DNA of 62,545 nucleotides, the filler included, from Choristocarpus tenellus KU-1152 (taxonomy: Eukaryota > Protista > Phaeophyceae), in assembly GCA_964200185.2 (NCBI GenBank). It is 7 parts of 7 records of this genome, joined end to end, with 100 filler letters (N's around TTAATTAATTAA, not from the genome) between each part and the next. Parts side by side here need not be neighbours in the genome. Positions count along the whole stretch, not along the records: positions 47,684 to 52,736 come from CAXNAD020012029.1; positions 52,837 to 62,545 come from CAXNAD020003460.1; 5 more parts are not named here. One strand, given 5' to 3'. The translations under genes and the position numbers were made by a program. Shown piece by piece: positions 49,298 to 62,545 of the stretch (its first letter is position 1; every line of letters begins with the position of its first letter). The notes beneath the pieces were generated by a model. It ran no database searches. It was not told the DNA's origin and was given only the letters and a program-made list of their open reading frames with translations.

Positions 49298-51092
49298 CTT
49301 TTAACTGGATGAACACAACGCAAGAGGGCACCATTTTGCATTGTTGAAAAGGAAGATTGATACCCGACCTAGAGTGAGCATTGAAGAGATAGATACAGAA
49401 GGTGCCGCATTATGCATGATCACCAAACCTGCGTGCAAGTAGTCTGGTATTCAGATAGTTGAGCACGTTTCTCATATCTACACCTTCAACCTTCATCTGA
49501 AAGTGTGTGTGATGTGATGTCTGTTTGTCGGGGTGTATCTGTGCTATTTTCTGGGCGAGTTGATACGAGAATATGGGTGTAGAGTGGGGTGTGATGTTTG
49601 AGTAGGAAACGTAAAGGTTGAGGATTCATATCACTTGGTGCTTATTGGAGTGCGTGTAACTCAAAACGAAATTACACCCAGGTTGAACTAGACCATAAGA
49701 GTGGAATCATATTATGTTCAAATTTCAATGGCATTTAATTTTCTGAGGTGGAATGAAATCAGCATTTTCTTTTGCTCATGTGGAGTTTATTACTGGAGAA
49801 GAGCCTGACCAAACAAGTCTTGTGTGTTGCCTTACGTGCTTTAGTGGATCCCTGTTTTTGTTGCCTTTTGAGGACCATATAAGTATGTGTTGTGTACCAG
49901 AATTATTGTCGAGTTTGCTTGTATGCTAATGTGATGTTTGTACGTATTTATGATGTTACAGATAGTAGCAGCAATGGTGCGGGTTGAAGGAGTGGAAGTC
50001 GTTACAACAATAACGATGAAAACAATATAATTTGGAAAGCCATATTTCCTGCTCGTGATGATGTTCATTCTTGGTGGTTGCTACTGTCAAAAGCGCTATT
50101 TATCATTATTTATTTATATTGGCCATCTCTTCCTATATTTATTATTGATTGTGTAGTAGGTAGTGGGTAAATTAATGGAAGGCAGCCTTTAGGCATCACC
50201 ACAAAAAAGTAGAATCTGAATGATTGCTGTTGTGTTGACTATGTGTTGGAATTATGCAGCATGAAGTAATAAAACTTTATGTTGCAGGTAGTACGTTATT
50301 TGTGACATAATACATGCCACATGTCAGATAAATATCGATACATTTGTGCTTAACAGATCAGCAGACCAAAAAAGATGTACTCTGTACATTTGTATGTGAA
50401 GGTTGAAGGGGTGGTAAAGATGTAAAATCAGTTCTACCCAAATCTCTTGTGCCACAAGTAATGTACTGAGTACAACCCAATGTTGAGGAATATGTACAAA
50501 ACTCGATTTTTCAACAAAATAACCTTGTTGGTTAACATGTATCATGATTTGTATGTACCACATTTTAATCAACATGTGTACGCCATTGTCCCTATGCGTT
50601 GAGAGAAGATAAGTATGTATTGCTGATCTGTCCCTACTCATCTTCATACTATTATGTTTGTACACTACCAACGAGTGTGCTGCTATACCAAGAAGATAAT
50701 GATGTCGAATGTGCTCTATTAAGTTATAGTAAAGAGTGAGTCCTATCCATAAGGGGGGGTAGTTCCTAATCTCCGTAACCACACTTTCACGCAATTTATT
50801 AGATCAACTAATTCATTTTCCTCGAACCCTACATCAACATCACTATATTCCAATGTTCCGATCCATCACTAATCTATTGCCTTACACATATTATCTTGCG
50901 ACATACATTACTAATTCATGTATACCAATAGCAACATTTAGTGTTTACAACACTTCTAAACACCTCCTTATTATGCGAACATCGTCCCCTACTGTCAACT
51001 CACAAATATTCTATCACAATGCGACACTGATCCTAGGTTTACCCTAGCTTCACTTCAAATCCTAATGCCCATCGTCCTGGAAAATCAAATCA

Positions 51093-52330
51093 TTAGAAGT
51101 TTATTATAGCCCTCACATGATACATAAAACTATCGTGATTGAGAAGCATGATGAAAAAATCAGCAAGTTGCTCCTCAGATCCTGTTGATCCCACATGCGC
51201 AACTTCTATAATCTTGTCCCTAACCAACTGCCTGAGGAAATGGTGATGTACATGTATATGCTTTGTCCTGAACCCATTGATGTTTGGGTTTTCTGACAGC
51301 TTCACTACCCCCTCCTTGTCCTCGTACATCAAGGTGCAACTAGTGGTCCTCTCCAGGTTTACAAACTCTAATACCTGTCTCAAGAAGAGCACTCATCTTC
51401 TGTCGTAGACAGAGCCACCACCTTTTGCAACCTAGAAAACCACAATAATGCTGCACTTCCAATGGTAAGTAATCCCGCAGATACAGACGCCGCTGGTCCA
51501 GATCAGATGCATAGTCCACATCAGCAAACGCCTCCAGTCATTTTTCCAGCTTTCAGTTGTATGTGATGCCAGTCCCCCTCCTTGTGTGAACCATATACCT
51601 CAAAATCTGTTTAACGACTTTCCAATGCCTCTGCCCTGGGTTACCGCTAAATCTGGTCACAGTCATTACTACGTTAGCGATATCAGGCCTGGTCGTGGTA
51701 TCTAACCAGATTAATGACCCCACTGCTTCCCTATATGGAGTAGATGGGGTCCAGCTCCTCACACGAATCCTTCTCAGATAGATTTCTGGTTGTAGATCCA
51801 GGCATATGGTACTCTTTGGTGATCTCGAAGGGTTCCACCAGCCCTTCCATGTATCCTTGCTGATTGATCTTCAGTGTCCTCATCTTACAACCCCGTGTGA
51901 TACGCCATCCCAAACACAGCTTTACAATCTCCAAATCCTTTACAGTGAATCCCTTGTTCAGAGCTTCCACCACCACCCTGCCCTTCTTGTGCGAGCAACT
52001 AGCCATCAACAGATCATCCACATGTGTGGCCATCAGCACTTCCGTCACCCTGTTTCCACCAGAAAAAGCAAACAAGGGCCAGCCTCACATTGCTCGAAAC
52101 CTAATCCCTTGAGAGTCCCAACTAGTTTCAAATGATGCCAGTTGCGCGATGTACCAAGCCAAACAAAGATCTCTTGAGCTTTCTTACCATTCCTGGAGCT
52201 GCTGTCACATCCTCTGGCAGTTCGATCTAAATGTCCTCCTTGATATCCACTTGCACAAAAGCCTGCCCTGCATCAATCAGCATGTCGTAGCTAGAGGTCC
52301 TCAAATACGGCGATTGCCATCACCAACAGT
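51093..52330 (-). mobile_element. Ty1/copia LTR retrotransposon pol remnant (RT + RNase H), frameshifted
   Basis: HVDDLLM, VKDLE..LG..I, INQQGY, PYREAVGSLIWL..TRPDIA, HWKVVKQILRY, RTKHIHVHHHFLRQ, EEQLAD. Confidence 0.9.
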
Positions 52331-53492
52331 AATCACCTTGGAGTTGTAGTTGGTGCTATTTTTGTTGTTGGAAGTTTGATAGTGTTGTATTATTTCTGAT
52401 GTACTTCCTTTCCAAAAATATTTTAATGTCCCTCCCTCCCCACCCTTTTCCCCTTTTTATCTCGGTTGTCCTGTGAGTGCCTTTTTAATGATCTGTGAAG
52501 TCGTCTGTGCACCCATCCAACGACATGCGGATGCTTTTCTTGGGAAGGTGTACTATACATATGAGTGAATGCATCGTAATGATGAGTGTAATTTACCAAA
52601 GCTGCAGTACTGTATATATATATGACGCTGGTATACTGTGCAGGGGTGGTGTAAACAGCAGATTCTCAAAATTGAGGATGATGCGGGACTATGAGGATGG
52701 TTGTTTTGCGAAAATCGTCTTAAAAAAGTACCAGATNNNNNNNNNNNNNNNNNNNNNNNNNNNNNNNNNNNNNNNNNNNNTTAATTAATTAANNNNNNNN
52801 NNNNNNNNNNNNNNNNNNNNNNNNNNNNNNNNNNNNGGGGGGGGGAGCTAGGGAGGCATCCCAAGAATCCAACAGACCCCTCCGTGCCCATCTCCCTGGT
52901 GACATTCATAAATATCATTTGGAGACTTGATGCTATTAACGATTATTCTTACATATCTGAACAAATATCTCATAGAAAAACACTGTATGGTATTGACTGC
53001 ACAATAATGTTATGTTAATTACTACAAAATATTTACTAATACATTTTTTCAAGTTATTGCTTGTATCAATTATAGAAATGTGATAGATGTGCTACTGAAA
53101 TATAAATTGTAATCAATTACTGGTAAAATTGAAGGTAGATGAATTCACCTTCAATTACAGCAATAATTTAATCAACTGGTGGAGTACAGAAGTTCAAGTG
53201 CCATCGTAAATATTGATACTAAAAGTCAAATCACATCTATGATAACATAACCAATATATATATACACTACTTTTCTACCCACTCACAACACCTGACAGCT
53301 CATAAGATTACTAACCTGCATGCAACACGAGAGCAAACAATTTCCATGACTTCAACAAAGGGGATTTAGGAGGTAGCTGGAGCTCATGGAATCCCTTTGT
53401 TCTTTTGGCCCTGATCAAGCCATGGTTCCACAGTAGTGGTGTTAATAGTGCTTTTTGTGGTTATGTGAGCATGTTGATGTCGCGCTTGAGCC

Positions 53493-53745
53493 AAATTATC
53501 TTAGAGGGTAGAGTCGCGTCCATTTGGGGTTCAACATCCAATGTTGCGATTTTGACGTTACTCTGGCTATCATGTTTGCTAGGAAGTGTCAATATCCTCG
53601 TTCCGGACAAACCTCCTTTTCATAACGTAAACATTTTACCTACTCCGAAACATTTTGGAGTAGGGAAATGTCATAAAAAGAGACCATGGGAAGCCAAGCC
53701 CCAAATGGACAAACAGGGGAAAAATCGTACCCTCTAAGGTCCTTT
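53493..53745 (+). mobile_element. MITE family A copy 3
   Basis: AAATTATCTTAGAGGGTAG...TACCCTCTAAGGTCCTTT, colinear with the other copies. Confidence 0.8.
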
Positions 53746-55483
53746 CACTCGCTTGCATTCTCGCCTTTTCTTGGTAACAACGTAGCGAAGACAGAGATCC
53801 CCCCTACTTAACACATCAGGTAAATAACAAATGATTCATGTGTTGGTTGTCGGGCTTCTGAAATATTGTTTCCTACTTGCTTGCAATCAAGCTGTTCATT
53901 CTATAGCAGTAGAGAATAATCCAGTTCAACAACCCTACATCAACCATACATACAAGGATAAAGACCACACAACCTTGGGCATGCAATTAACCCTTTGCTC
54001 GATCAAACCATCTAACCACAACTTCAACCTGATTTGCCAAACATCCAACCCTGCAAACCCAACATTCACAGTGCTGGTACTACATGGAGGTATGTTCCTT
54101 AATCCATGCAGAGCTTGACATCCTTATCTGAATCACATCACACACTAATCCTTCTACCTCCACCTTCAACCCCTTTCACCCTACTTCATTGACTGGTTTT
54201 ATGCTGGTGTCTGATTTGGTGACTCGTTCAGAGATGACATACCCAACTCCGTATAGGATGTGGGTCAACATCTCAAGTGTTGATTTTCGTCTCAGACAGC
54301 GACTTTGTGTGAGGTGTCCCTATAATCACACATCTGGAAAGCGCACACACACAAATAAAAAAAAAAGAGTGTTTTATCCAACCCCAAAATGACGCCCAGG
54401 ACTGCCATAGAAAGATTCCCTCCATTCCACAACAAGGCCTGTATAATGTACAACATTAATAGTTCAACTGTAGCAATGACAAAAGGGTCCCAATCCATGT
54501 CATGCTTTTCAGGAACCAGCAACCCCGTCCACTGAATTTGCGACTACTTCCGACCTCATTAAAACACGGAAACTCAATTTCCTTCTCCTGATTGATTGAT
54601 TGATTGATTGATGGACTAATATGTACACATTAGTATTAGTACCATTAATAGTATTAGAAAAACATGCGCAATAATGCTTGGACGGGCATGTAGCCAAAAG
54701 TTAACAAAATAAGACAGTACTCAAGATCTACCCGTTTCTAGTTTGGTTTGTACTTTATGTTCAAACAGAGACCAAATAAGAAAAATAGGCAGGCAGGTCC
54801 CTCTACACGTATCCATCCGCTTGTGATATGTGGTGGTACAATGGAGAGACAAGAAGAGGAGTGACAACCGACCCAGCGGCATGACCCTACAGCACAAAAG
54901 AGAGGGATTCAAAGGCACTTTGACACCAGAGTTAGTTGTGGGGCCCACACATACCCTTTCTATTTTGTTTTTCTCTGTATTCTACATGAAACCGACCACC
55001 TCACCACCAGCTAGATATTATGATACTACTCCATACAATTATAGAGACTCGACCTGCTGCTCTTTCTCAGCTCTGTGCGACACTCTGTTGTTGACTATCT
55101 GCAGCAAATGGCCACTTGTGTAGGTTGGCCATCCCTGCCACTAGAAAAAAGCGCACCATCTATTATCTTTAATTCACAGTGAGTGGTAGAACAGAGTAAG
55201 AAGGGTTTGGGACAATAATCCTTGTCGCAAAAGCTGTTGTTATGAGTACGTTTTTTGTGCTGATACAAGTATATTACACTGTGTTACAACCTCACGTAAG
55301 TTTATGGCATGTCATACGTAGCGGTACGATGAGTCAGACTTTGTTTTATATGTCAGGCGATGCCTAAGACAGGAGGCCATCGGATAATTAATAATCAGTA
55401 TATGTTAACCATCTAACCCACCAGCAGCGCATGGCGACAAGCCTTTCCTGAGCAAGGCTGTTTCCTTAATCTGGAACCCTGCA

Positions 55484-55892
55484 GTGCACATGGGAGATCC
55501 CCTGTCTTTGGAAGCCCCCACTGTCATTGGGGAACCCCCGCTACTGTCGTACTTTTTTCACTTCTTCGCACACATTTTTTAAAACCTAACCCCATCTTGA
55601 ACCCTAACCCTAGCCCTAACTAACTTGTGTGTGAAAACATCCCTACTAACCAGCCATGGAGACATTCTAGAAGTGGTGAAGGAGTGAGTACTTTGTGGAC
55701 CAGGGAACCACAACTTCTCAAGAATCCACCACTTTTCACTTTTAGACACTTTTTCGAGAATCTAACTCCAACCCTAACCCTAACCCTAACCCTAACCCTA
55801 ACCCTAACCTGTGTGTGAAAAATAACCCTAAGTAGAAGTGAAAAAAGTATTACAGTGTGGGTTCCCGCAGACAGGGGACCTCCCCTGTGTAC
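55484..55892. mobile_element. Foldback/MITE element with long imperfect TIRs enclosing (CCCTAA)n tracts
   Basis: Left GTGCACATGGGAGATCCCCTGTCT vs right AGACAGGGGACCTCCCCTGTGTAC; inner inverted pair TACTTTTTTCACTTCT / AGAAGTGAAAAAAGTA; a related left arm lies at ~62275-62365. Confidence 0.65.
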
Positions 55893-55911
55893 AACACCTT
55901 ATTATGAACTT

Positions 55912-56091
55912 TGACCTAAAGTATCTGGGAGGGGGGGAGGGTCTACACCACGGTGTCCATTTGGGGCTAACCAGGAAAAGTGTACTTACATTATCTATCC
56001 GACGTATGCAACCAAATCACACAAAAATCGCGACATGAAAAAATTGACCCCAAAATGGACAACCGCCAACCCCCCTCAGATACTTTGAACC
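55912..56091 (+). mobile_element. MITE family B copy
   Basis: AAAGTATCTGGG...CAGATACTTTG termini with the conserved interior. Confidence 0.8.
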
Positions 56092-56585
56092 TTTTTTAGA
56101 CCTCAGGAGGATTGTATATATTGTGAGTGAGGGTACCTATTTGTAAGTTCTTAAAATAATGTACCTTGCATGGTGTTTTTCTCCCTTTTTTCTTTAGAAT
56201 AGAGAGCCAAGGTTAACGAGATATACCCAGGTCTTACCCGTTTGCATTTTATCCCAGTCTTTAAATCTTTCACAATTCACACATATTTTTGTGGATGAAG
56301 TAACTTGACTTGAGAACGTTGATTTCTCTGTTTTTTCAAGAATATCCACACAATTCAGAAAATATCCTGTATACAATTGAAAACAGATGAATTTTGTACA
56401 TGTGTGTCAGTATCCTTAAAATGCAACTCTGTATACCTCTCGTTTACTTCGAATCGGAATATATTTTTGAGTGTGTTTGATTGAAGTTTTGTTAGTTTAT
56501 AAAACCATTGGAGGCTTGTCTCATGCATGTAGTTGGTTGTCCAACATAACTATTATTTTGAGTCAAAACTTGACGTGGTATTGTC

Positions 56586-57716
56586 ATGTCTCCACGACTA
56601 AGACTAAGACTAGGACCTGCAGCTCTAGGCTTGGCCTGTTGCGTCCTCGTGAGGCATTCTCGTCCCTTCTTGATTCAACCGCGAATCACATCCGTCCGAT
56701 GGACTTCACACACTTCCTCAGGACTACGCATGGCTAAGGGCTTTGGAGATAAACTGCCCCCTAAATCTTCCGGAGAGTCGCCAAAACCAAAGCAAGCTAA
56801 GTCCGTACCGGTCGATCTGATGGCAGCTGCTTCGAAGCTTCTCCCGAAACAAGATGAAACGGGCAAGGTCACCTTTAATAATCCCGCTGTTGGTGACTTT
56901 CAAGTGTTCGACTCCTTGGTTGAGGTGAGGATTCTGAGCAACCCTCATAGTTTGACTTTGATTGTTCACTCCACTTTACTCTTCGTACGTTGAGAGCCAA
57001 GTAAAATTTCACTTAGTAACGAACACATATCGACTCTTGTCGCCTTCTCCAGTACCCAGGGGACTTTGAGATGAAAGTGATAGGAGTCAATGAGGGTGAT
57101 TTTGTAAATGACATTCGCAGTGCAGTGGCAGGATGCTTAACAGGAGGGGATAAAGGAGTAGTGCAATTCTCCACAAGGGAAAAGGGCAAGTACACCAGCA
57201 TTACTCTGAAGGTTCATGTTGATAACTCCGCACAGCTCTACAAGGTAAGCTTAGTCTTTCCCACTCCACATTTGAGTCCAATGAGTAAATGTGACTGGTA
57301 TTCCTCCCTCGTGCTTACCATGAAGTATCTTCCGATAGCATGATGATTTGACAGCATTTGGCAACAGACCATGCCCTTGCTCCACATAGACTGCACGTGC
57401 AATTGTCCTGTGATTCACAGGAAGTTACTTTGTAACGATAATTGTGGATCGAGGATCTTTGAGGTTGCCGTTCCCAAGCACCCCTTTCCCAGCCCCCACC
57501 CTCCATCGCAGTCCAACACCTGTTCAGAGCATCGTAGCGTTCTAGATCGAAAAGCAACATAATCAAATGACACCACCTAACAAAGTATCTCTGTTCATCA
57601 AGGCACTCTAATTTGGGAACACAGTGACTGGCCTGACACGTAACGTACTCCGCAAAATATTTCTACAGTGCTACGAAGTAATCAATGAGGACTCCCGTGT
57701 AAAGTTCAAGTTTTGA
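56586..57716 (+). CDS. DUF493 / YbeD-HP0495-like protein, probably plastid-targeted
   Basis: Exons 56586-56924, 57053-57244 and 57669-57716 (all phase 0) give ...FDSLVE|YPGDFEMKVIG..F...STREKGKYTSITLKVHVDNSAQLYK|CYEVINEDSRVKFKF*. The N-terminus is a signal peptide plus F and a transit-like region. Confidence 0.85.
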
Positions 57717-57732
57717 CGGGTGGCGTGTGGAG

Positions 57733-59240
57733 CTATGCATCCCATATCTCGTGTTGCCAGCATACATTGATGCGAGCATAGCGGTGACTGAAAGAGAAAA
57801 CAAGCATTTAATCCAGGAAACACAAGGGAACCACAAGTACGTCTCACAGGCAAAGCGTTCCATTCTCAACATGACCTTTCTTTGGCGAATATTTGATGGT
57901 CTGTTCTGGTATATTCCCCCTCACATGTTTGAACTGTTGGCACAACAAGCTGATCTGACACGGACCATTACAAGACTAGCCTGCTTGCTTCATATTGGCG
58001 TGCCAACTAGATTTGAACCATAAATACAGCTAGCACAGGCTTACGTGATGTGTTGAGGGGAAACCTATCACGACATTGAAGTTACTTGGCCCTACCCCAG
58101 GAGAGAGGGCATTGGTCACACTTCAATGTAATGAACATCAATTGCTTGTGGTGGTTTTTATTGTTTGAGATGCTGTGTCATGCTGCGTGCCTCTTTTTCT
58201 TGTTCAGCACTGTTTATAGATCTACCCTGCCGATGTGTGGTTTTTGTCTATCTAGAGATGATGACTGCTAGTTTACGGGGCAAGAAAAAAACAGGTTTTG
58301 CATCAAATTTCCCTTTATATTGCAGCCTCTTCTTTATTTAAAGTGTGTGAGGTAATTTGTAGAAAAAAAATATAGTATGCTGTGAGGTAAAAAAAATATA
58401 GACTTTTTGAGGCGACTCCCGGAACTTTTTTTACCGGAGGAAGTAATCACTGTACTTTTTTTCTCAAGGATATATCTATATCTATATATATTAATTCTCC
58501 TTTTTCCGGCTAAGTGCAAAGCACTGCAAAGTGAATCAATAGGTGCTTTGGTACACATCCTGGAGAGAAATCACTCATCACTCCATTGCATGCTTGAAGG
58601 TAAAACATTACCAAGGCCTCCCCATGTGCGTAGTGTGCTTTGTCAAGGAGTGACTTGGGCTTCGGTTCGATCTGCACAACAGACCGGAAAAGCTGTACTT
58701 CTTGAGAGCGCCCTTCATACAATTGGTTGACACAGTAATGATATCCATGCAGGATTCTGGGTTCGAAATGTTTAGTGATGCAACTTACCAGTACTTGCTT
58801 GGTGTTGGATGTTGTAGTACTGTTTTGCTACCGTAGACTAGTGGTTATTGACACTGTGTTTTCATGCACATAATGTCATACCGTCTATGTACACTGCTCA
58901 AATCAATTCAAAACTATACAGAATACTCTTAGTCAAACAATGTTGTTGGCCTCTTGATTATGAGGCACCACAACGCACCCAAGACAAGATTAAATACTGT
59001 ACCTGATCGAGCAAACAATCGTTTAGATCTACTTGGAACTATTTGTTGTATTTTTATCCGTATACTGTACATAGACGGCAAACGTTCACAAGATAGGGTG
59101 GGTGGCATCACACTGCTGTCAATGTCACGATTGATAAGACTTTGTGCTCTTGACAGAGACATTCACCTGGATATCAAAGTTATTGACTCTGTAGTGCTCT
59201 GGAGTAGCTATGGAGGAAGCACGACCAATGCTGTATAGAA
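57733..59240 (-). CDS. Possible unidentified multi-exon gene convergent with DUF493
   Basis: Candidate exons with GT/AG ends: IGRASSIATPEHYRVNNFDIQ (~59230-59168), FQVDLNDCLLDQ, ..CEGEYTRTDHQIFAKE, terminal SHRYARINVCWQHEIWDA*. The full chain could not be closed. Confidence 0.25.
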
Positions 59241-60851
59241 GGAAATGTGCCATCGAGGTTGCCAGAGGTAATTGCGCTCTACATATCATCAGGCAGCCCA
59301 CTTTCGTATCTCACATAGATGGTGATATGTGAGCGGTTGCTGAAATTCTCTGGGATATTAAAATAGTAAGGAGTGTGAGTCCCACATTACAGACTCGCTT
59401 GTGAAGTGCAAGACACAATTGGTGTAATCGATGGAGCTAGCTATGCCTGTCTGCTATCATCCCCACCCATCTTTATACGACTCTTCTGGATTTGATTGAA
59501 ACAAACATGCTCTCCTGATGTGATCACGGTGTTTTGCACTGATTGGATTGTGACTTAAACCAACATGAGTTCGTGAGTATTCAATATTTTATCAAATTTG
59601 CAATATAAAAGAGATTATTTTGAGCTCCAAAATGTGCGAGTCGCTGGCATCTATCTCCACTTTTCCTTTGGGCTCTATGGAGTAGATCATTGATATTCTG
59701 CAATGCAGACCATGCAAACATTTTGTGTCCCACCCCTCATTGTACATGAGATGTTGTGGAACTGAGTGTCTATCCGTTTTTGTCTGTCTAGTGTTCTGTC
59801 AGTACTTTACCAAAACCAACTATTTTCCTCATTCGTGCTCACGTCAATGCCTATGTCAAATGGCCCCTTCTAAAAAGGAGAAATATATATTAACATTAAA
59901 CAATAACCCATGGATTGAGTCAACTTGAATCGGCTCTATCTCACTACTGTCAATTCCTCTTCATTTCTCTGCTTGCCATCTCACGCTAAGTGTTCTCACA
60001 TCGCTGGTACCGGCTCTCGTTACTGTTTGTGTGCTCGTGCTAACTGCATGCACCTACCACACCATCCTTGGACTCCATGTTGTGCTGGGTCTGACCAGTT
60101 GGTTCTACGCAACACTATATTAGTTGCACAGAAGTTGTTCATCATTTCCGGTCCCATGTGTGTGCTTGCCATCTCACAACTTAGTGTGTTCTAAGTAGAA
60201 TGTTCCACGACTGCCCCTGGAGTAGTAGCACCCTCCACTTCAGGTAAGACTACGATTATTATCCCAGATGATAAGGTGTGGCATATTAACCTTGCCCCAC
60301 CTTTGTTGTTGAATCGAACCGAACAACTAGGAGGTGTTGCCTAACCCTAACCCTTACTAACGTTGAGAATGATCTACTTCCTTTGTCTGATTAACTAAAA
60401 TCGGGAGTAGGTGTTAAGCAATGATTGGCAGATTCCCCTCCATATAACCCAAGTCACACTCAACTGTTTTGTTCCCGTTTTTCAATTTTGAAAGTGAACC
60501 AGTCAACCACTGGAAAAGATATACTGTTTACTATTCCACTGAGTCAAGGTAAACGAGAGGTAATCAGAATTATATTTGAGAATGCCAGCAAATACGTGGA
60601 AAATTCGGGATTTTTGCAAATAAAGCTGGATGCTTTCCGAATTATGTCACAAATGTTCAAACAAATCAACCCTCTCGACTCAAGTTTAGCAAACTTCATC
60701 CATAGAAATATGGGTGAATTGCGTAAGATTGAAAATTTGGGTCATAAGGTGAAGTGGAAGTTTACAGAGTAATCTGAGTTTTGTGGATGGGAGAATTCTG
60801 GAATGATGTATGGGGAGTGGAGTGTTTATTAGTTGAAAAAGAAAATGAGCC

Positions 60852-61097
60852 AAGATATCTGAGAGGTTAGAGCCGCGTCCATTGGGGACCAAAATCCAAT
60901 GTTGCGATATTGATGTAATTTTGGCTATCGTGTTTGTTAGGAAGTGTCAATATCTATGTTTCGGACACATATTTTTCATAAAATACACACTTTACCTACT
61001 CCTAAACATTTGCAGTAGGAAAATGTCATAAGAAAAACTGGGAAGCCAAGCCCCAAATGGAGAAACAGGGTAAAACTCGTACCCTCTAAGATACTTT
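60852..61097 (+). mobile_element. MITE family A copy 4
   Basis: AAGATATCTGAGAGG...TACCCTCTAAGATACTTT, colinear with the other copies. Confidence 0.8.
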
Positions 61098-62371
61098 CAA
61101 TCACATCATGAAGGTGGATGAAGAGTGAATTACTGGGTAGCTAGGAGGCAGAAGAGGTAGGAGAGAAGTTAGAAATGGGTGGTAGGTGGAAGCACAAGGT
61201 AGGCAGGGATGGGACAAAACACGAGGTAAATCTGTGGTTGGTGGGACAGGATTAGAACAAGGCAACCTCCGAGCAATCTTTCCCACCCATGCACCCTTTC
61301 TATTGCTCATGGCCGACTGGGATGCTGGACAATAGGGGGGAGGAGGTCAAGTTTGGGTGGGGTAGATGTCTTCCAGTTTAAAGGCACGGTATTTAAGTGT
61401 ATGATGAAGGGGTGTTCTTGGATTTTTTTGGAGGGGTTGAGTGGTGTTAAATGGTGTGGTGAAGTGGAAAGTGATGTGGGGTTGAATGGTGGGGAGGAAG
61501 GTGGATAGATTAGTGGAAATTGGTGGTGAGAATTGGTTGCACAGGTTGATCATCCGATATGGTTGGTGACTGGAATTCAAGGGTGAAGATTGGTTGTACT
61601 GGTTGGTCACTAGATATGCTGGTAGCTGGAAATCAGTTGCGAAGATTGTCCACATTGGTGGGAGACTGGAAATCAGTGATGGAGGTGGTGGCACTGGTTT
61701 ATCACCAGCAGTGTTACAATGGGGGAGGAGTAGAATGGGTGGAATGGTAGCAAGATAATCGTGAACAACAATCTAGAATTTGTAAACAAAGCAAGACGAC
61801 CTAAAACTGGGTACCTCTTGTTTACCTTGACTCATTACTACCTTTTAAGGTTCTCCACCAAAGATGGCACAAATAAATTCAGCAACACATCAACAATAAA
61901 AAATATGTCAAACTAAAATCAAATGTTTCCCTCTTTGAAACTCGATCTTCAATATTCTAATTGATAAGAGTGTCACTGACTGGCAAATAGCTGTATCTCT
62001 TATTATCGTTTTTTTTGTGTACCAGTAGTATCTAGTTGATACTTAGGGTTAGTGTTTTTATTTTTTATGCACTTGATGCTTGTTTTTTCAACACATCAAC
62101 GACTTATATAACAGAGAAACGTGGGCCAGGAAAAAGTGAAAATCACGACCAACAACACACTAGATATTTTTCCCCAGTTAAATCTTGTTGGATGGTCTTT
62201 TTACCTTTTCTTGACATTTCCTAGAAAGCAAAATGTTTCAGACAAGATCTACATGTCAACAGTTTCTTCACAGTGAAGTACACAGGGGAACCCCGTTGTC
62301 TTTGGGAGCCCTCACTGTCCTTGGGCAAACCCCATTGTAATTATTTTGTTCACTTTTTCCCCACGTATTTT

Positions 62372-62545
62372 GGTTCAGATTTTCTGGGGGGGGGGGTGGC
62401 GGCTGTCCATTCAGGGTCAATTTTTCCATGTCGCTATTTTTGGGTGATTTGGTTGCATGCGTCAGATGGATAATGTAAGTGCACTTCTCCTGGTCAGAGG
62501 TCCCGAATGGACACCCTGGTGTAGATTCTTCCTCCCCCCCCTCCC
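62372..62545 (-). mobile_element. MITE family B copy (reverse, cut by the window end)
   Basis: G-run GTGGCGGCTGTCCATT...GGACACCCTGGTGTAGA, the reverse complement of the family B consensus. Confidence 0.75.

Noticed and set aside
55761-55809. True chromosome end
   Set aside because: The tract is short, internal, and embedded in a foldback element with unique sequence on both sides.
60425-61750. ORF 60425..60772 and the G/T-rich tract with Pro/Thr/His-rich antisense ORFs
   Set aside because: No recognisable domain; compositional bias typical of decayed TE sequence, and interrupted by a MITE.

Overview
Eukaryotic, intron-rich nuclear DNA. TTAGGG tracts, bipartite signal-peptide+Phe plastid-type N-termini and the TE types suggest a photosynthetic stramenopile/brown-algal-type genome (inference). 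The window is seven pieces joined by ~100-nt N gaps that each carry an artificial TTAATTAATTAA spacer, so adjacency across gaps is unproven. Spliced host genes reconstructed by hand from GT-AG, phase-consistent exons: an ANKRD27/VARP-like VPS9 protein (-, runs off the window start), the 5' part of ribophorin I (-), a 13-exon PPR protein (+), organellar ribosomal protein bL35 (-), a TKL-type kinase (+) and a DUF493/YbeD-like protein (+). The rest is TE debris: two MITE families with a shared TIR, a foldback element carrying telomeric repeats, and Copia, REL-type non-LTR, RTE-like and mariner remnants. The standout is a ~7.5 kb piece (10214-17779) with a decayed, spliced minus-strand gene that reads as ParB/Sulfiredoxin-like domain (LDGNHR), helical/acidic linker, PHD-like finger and amino-DNA-methyltransferase-like region. 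Upstream of it lies a hierarchical repeat array with a perfect 26-bp GATC-rich palindrome. This is a candidate mobile chromatin-reading DNA-modification module.
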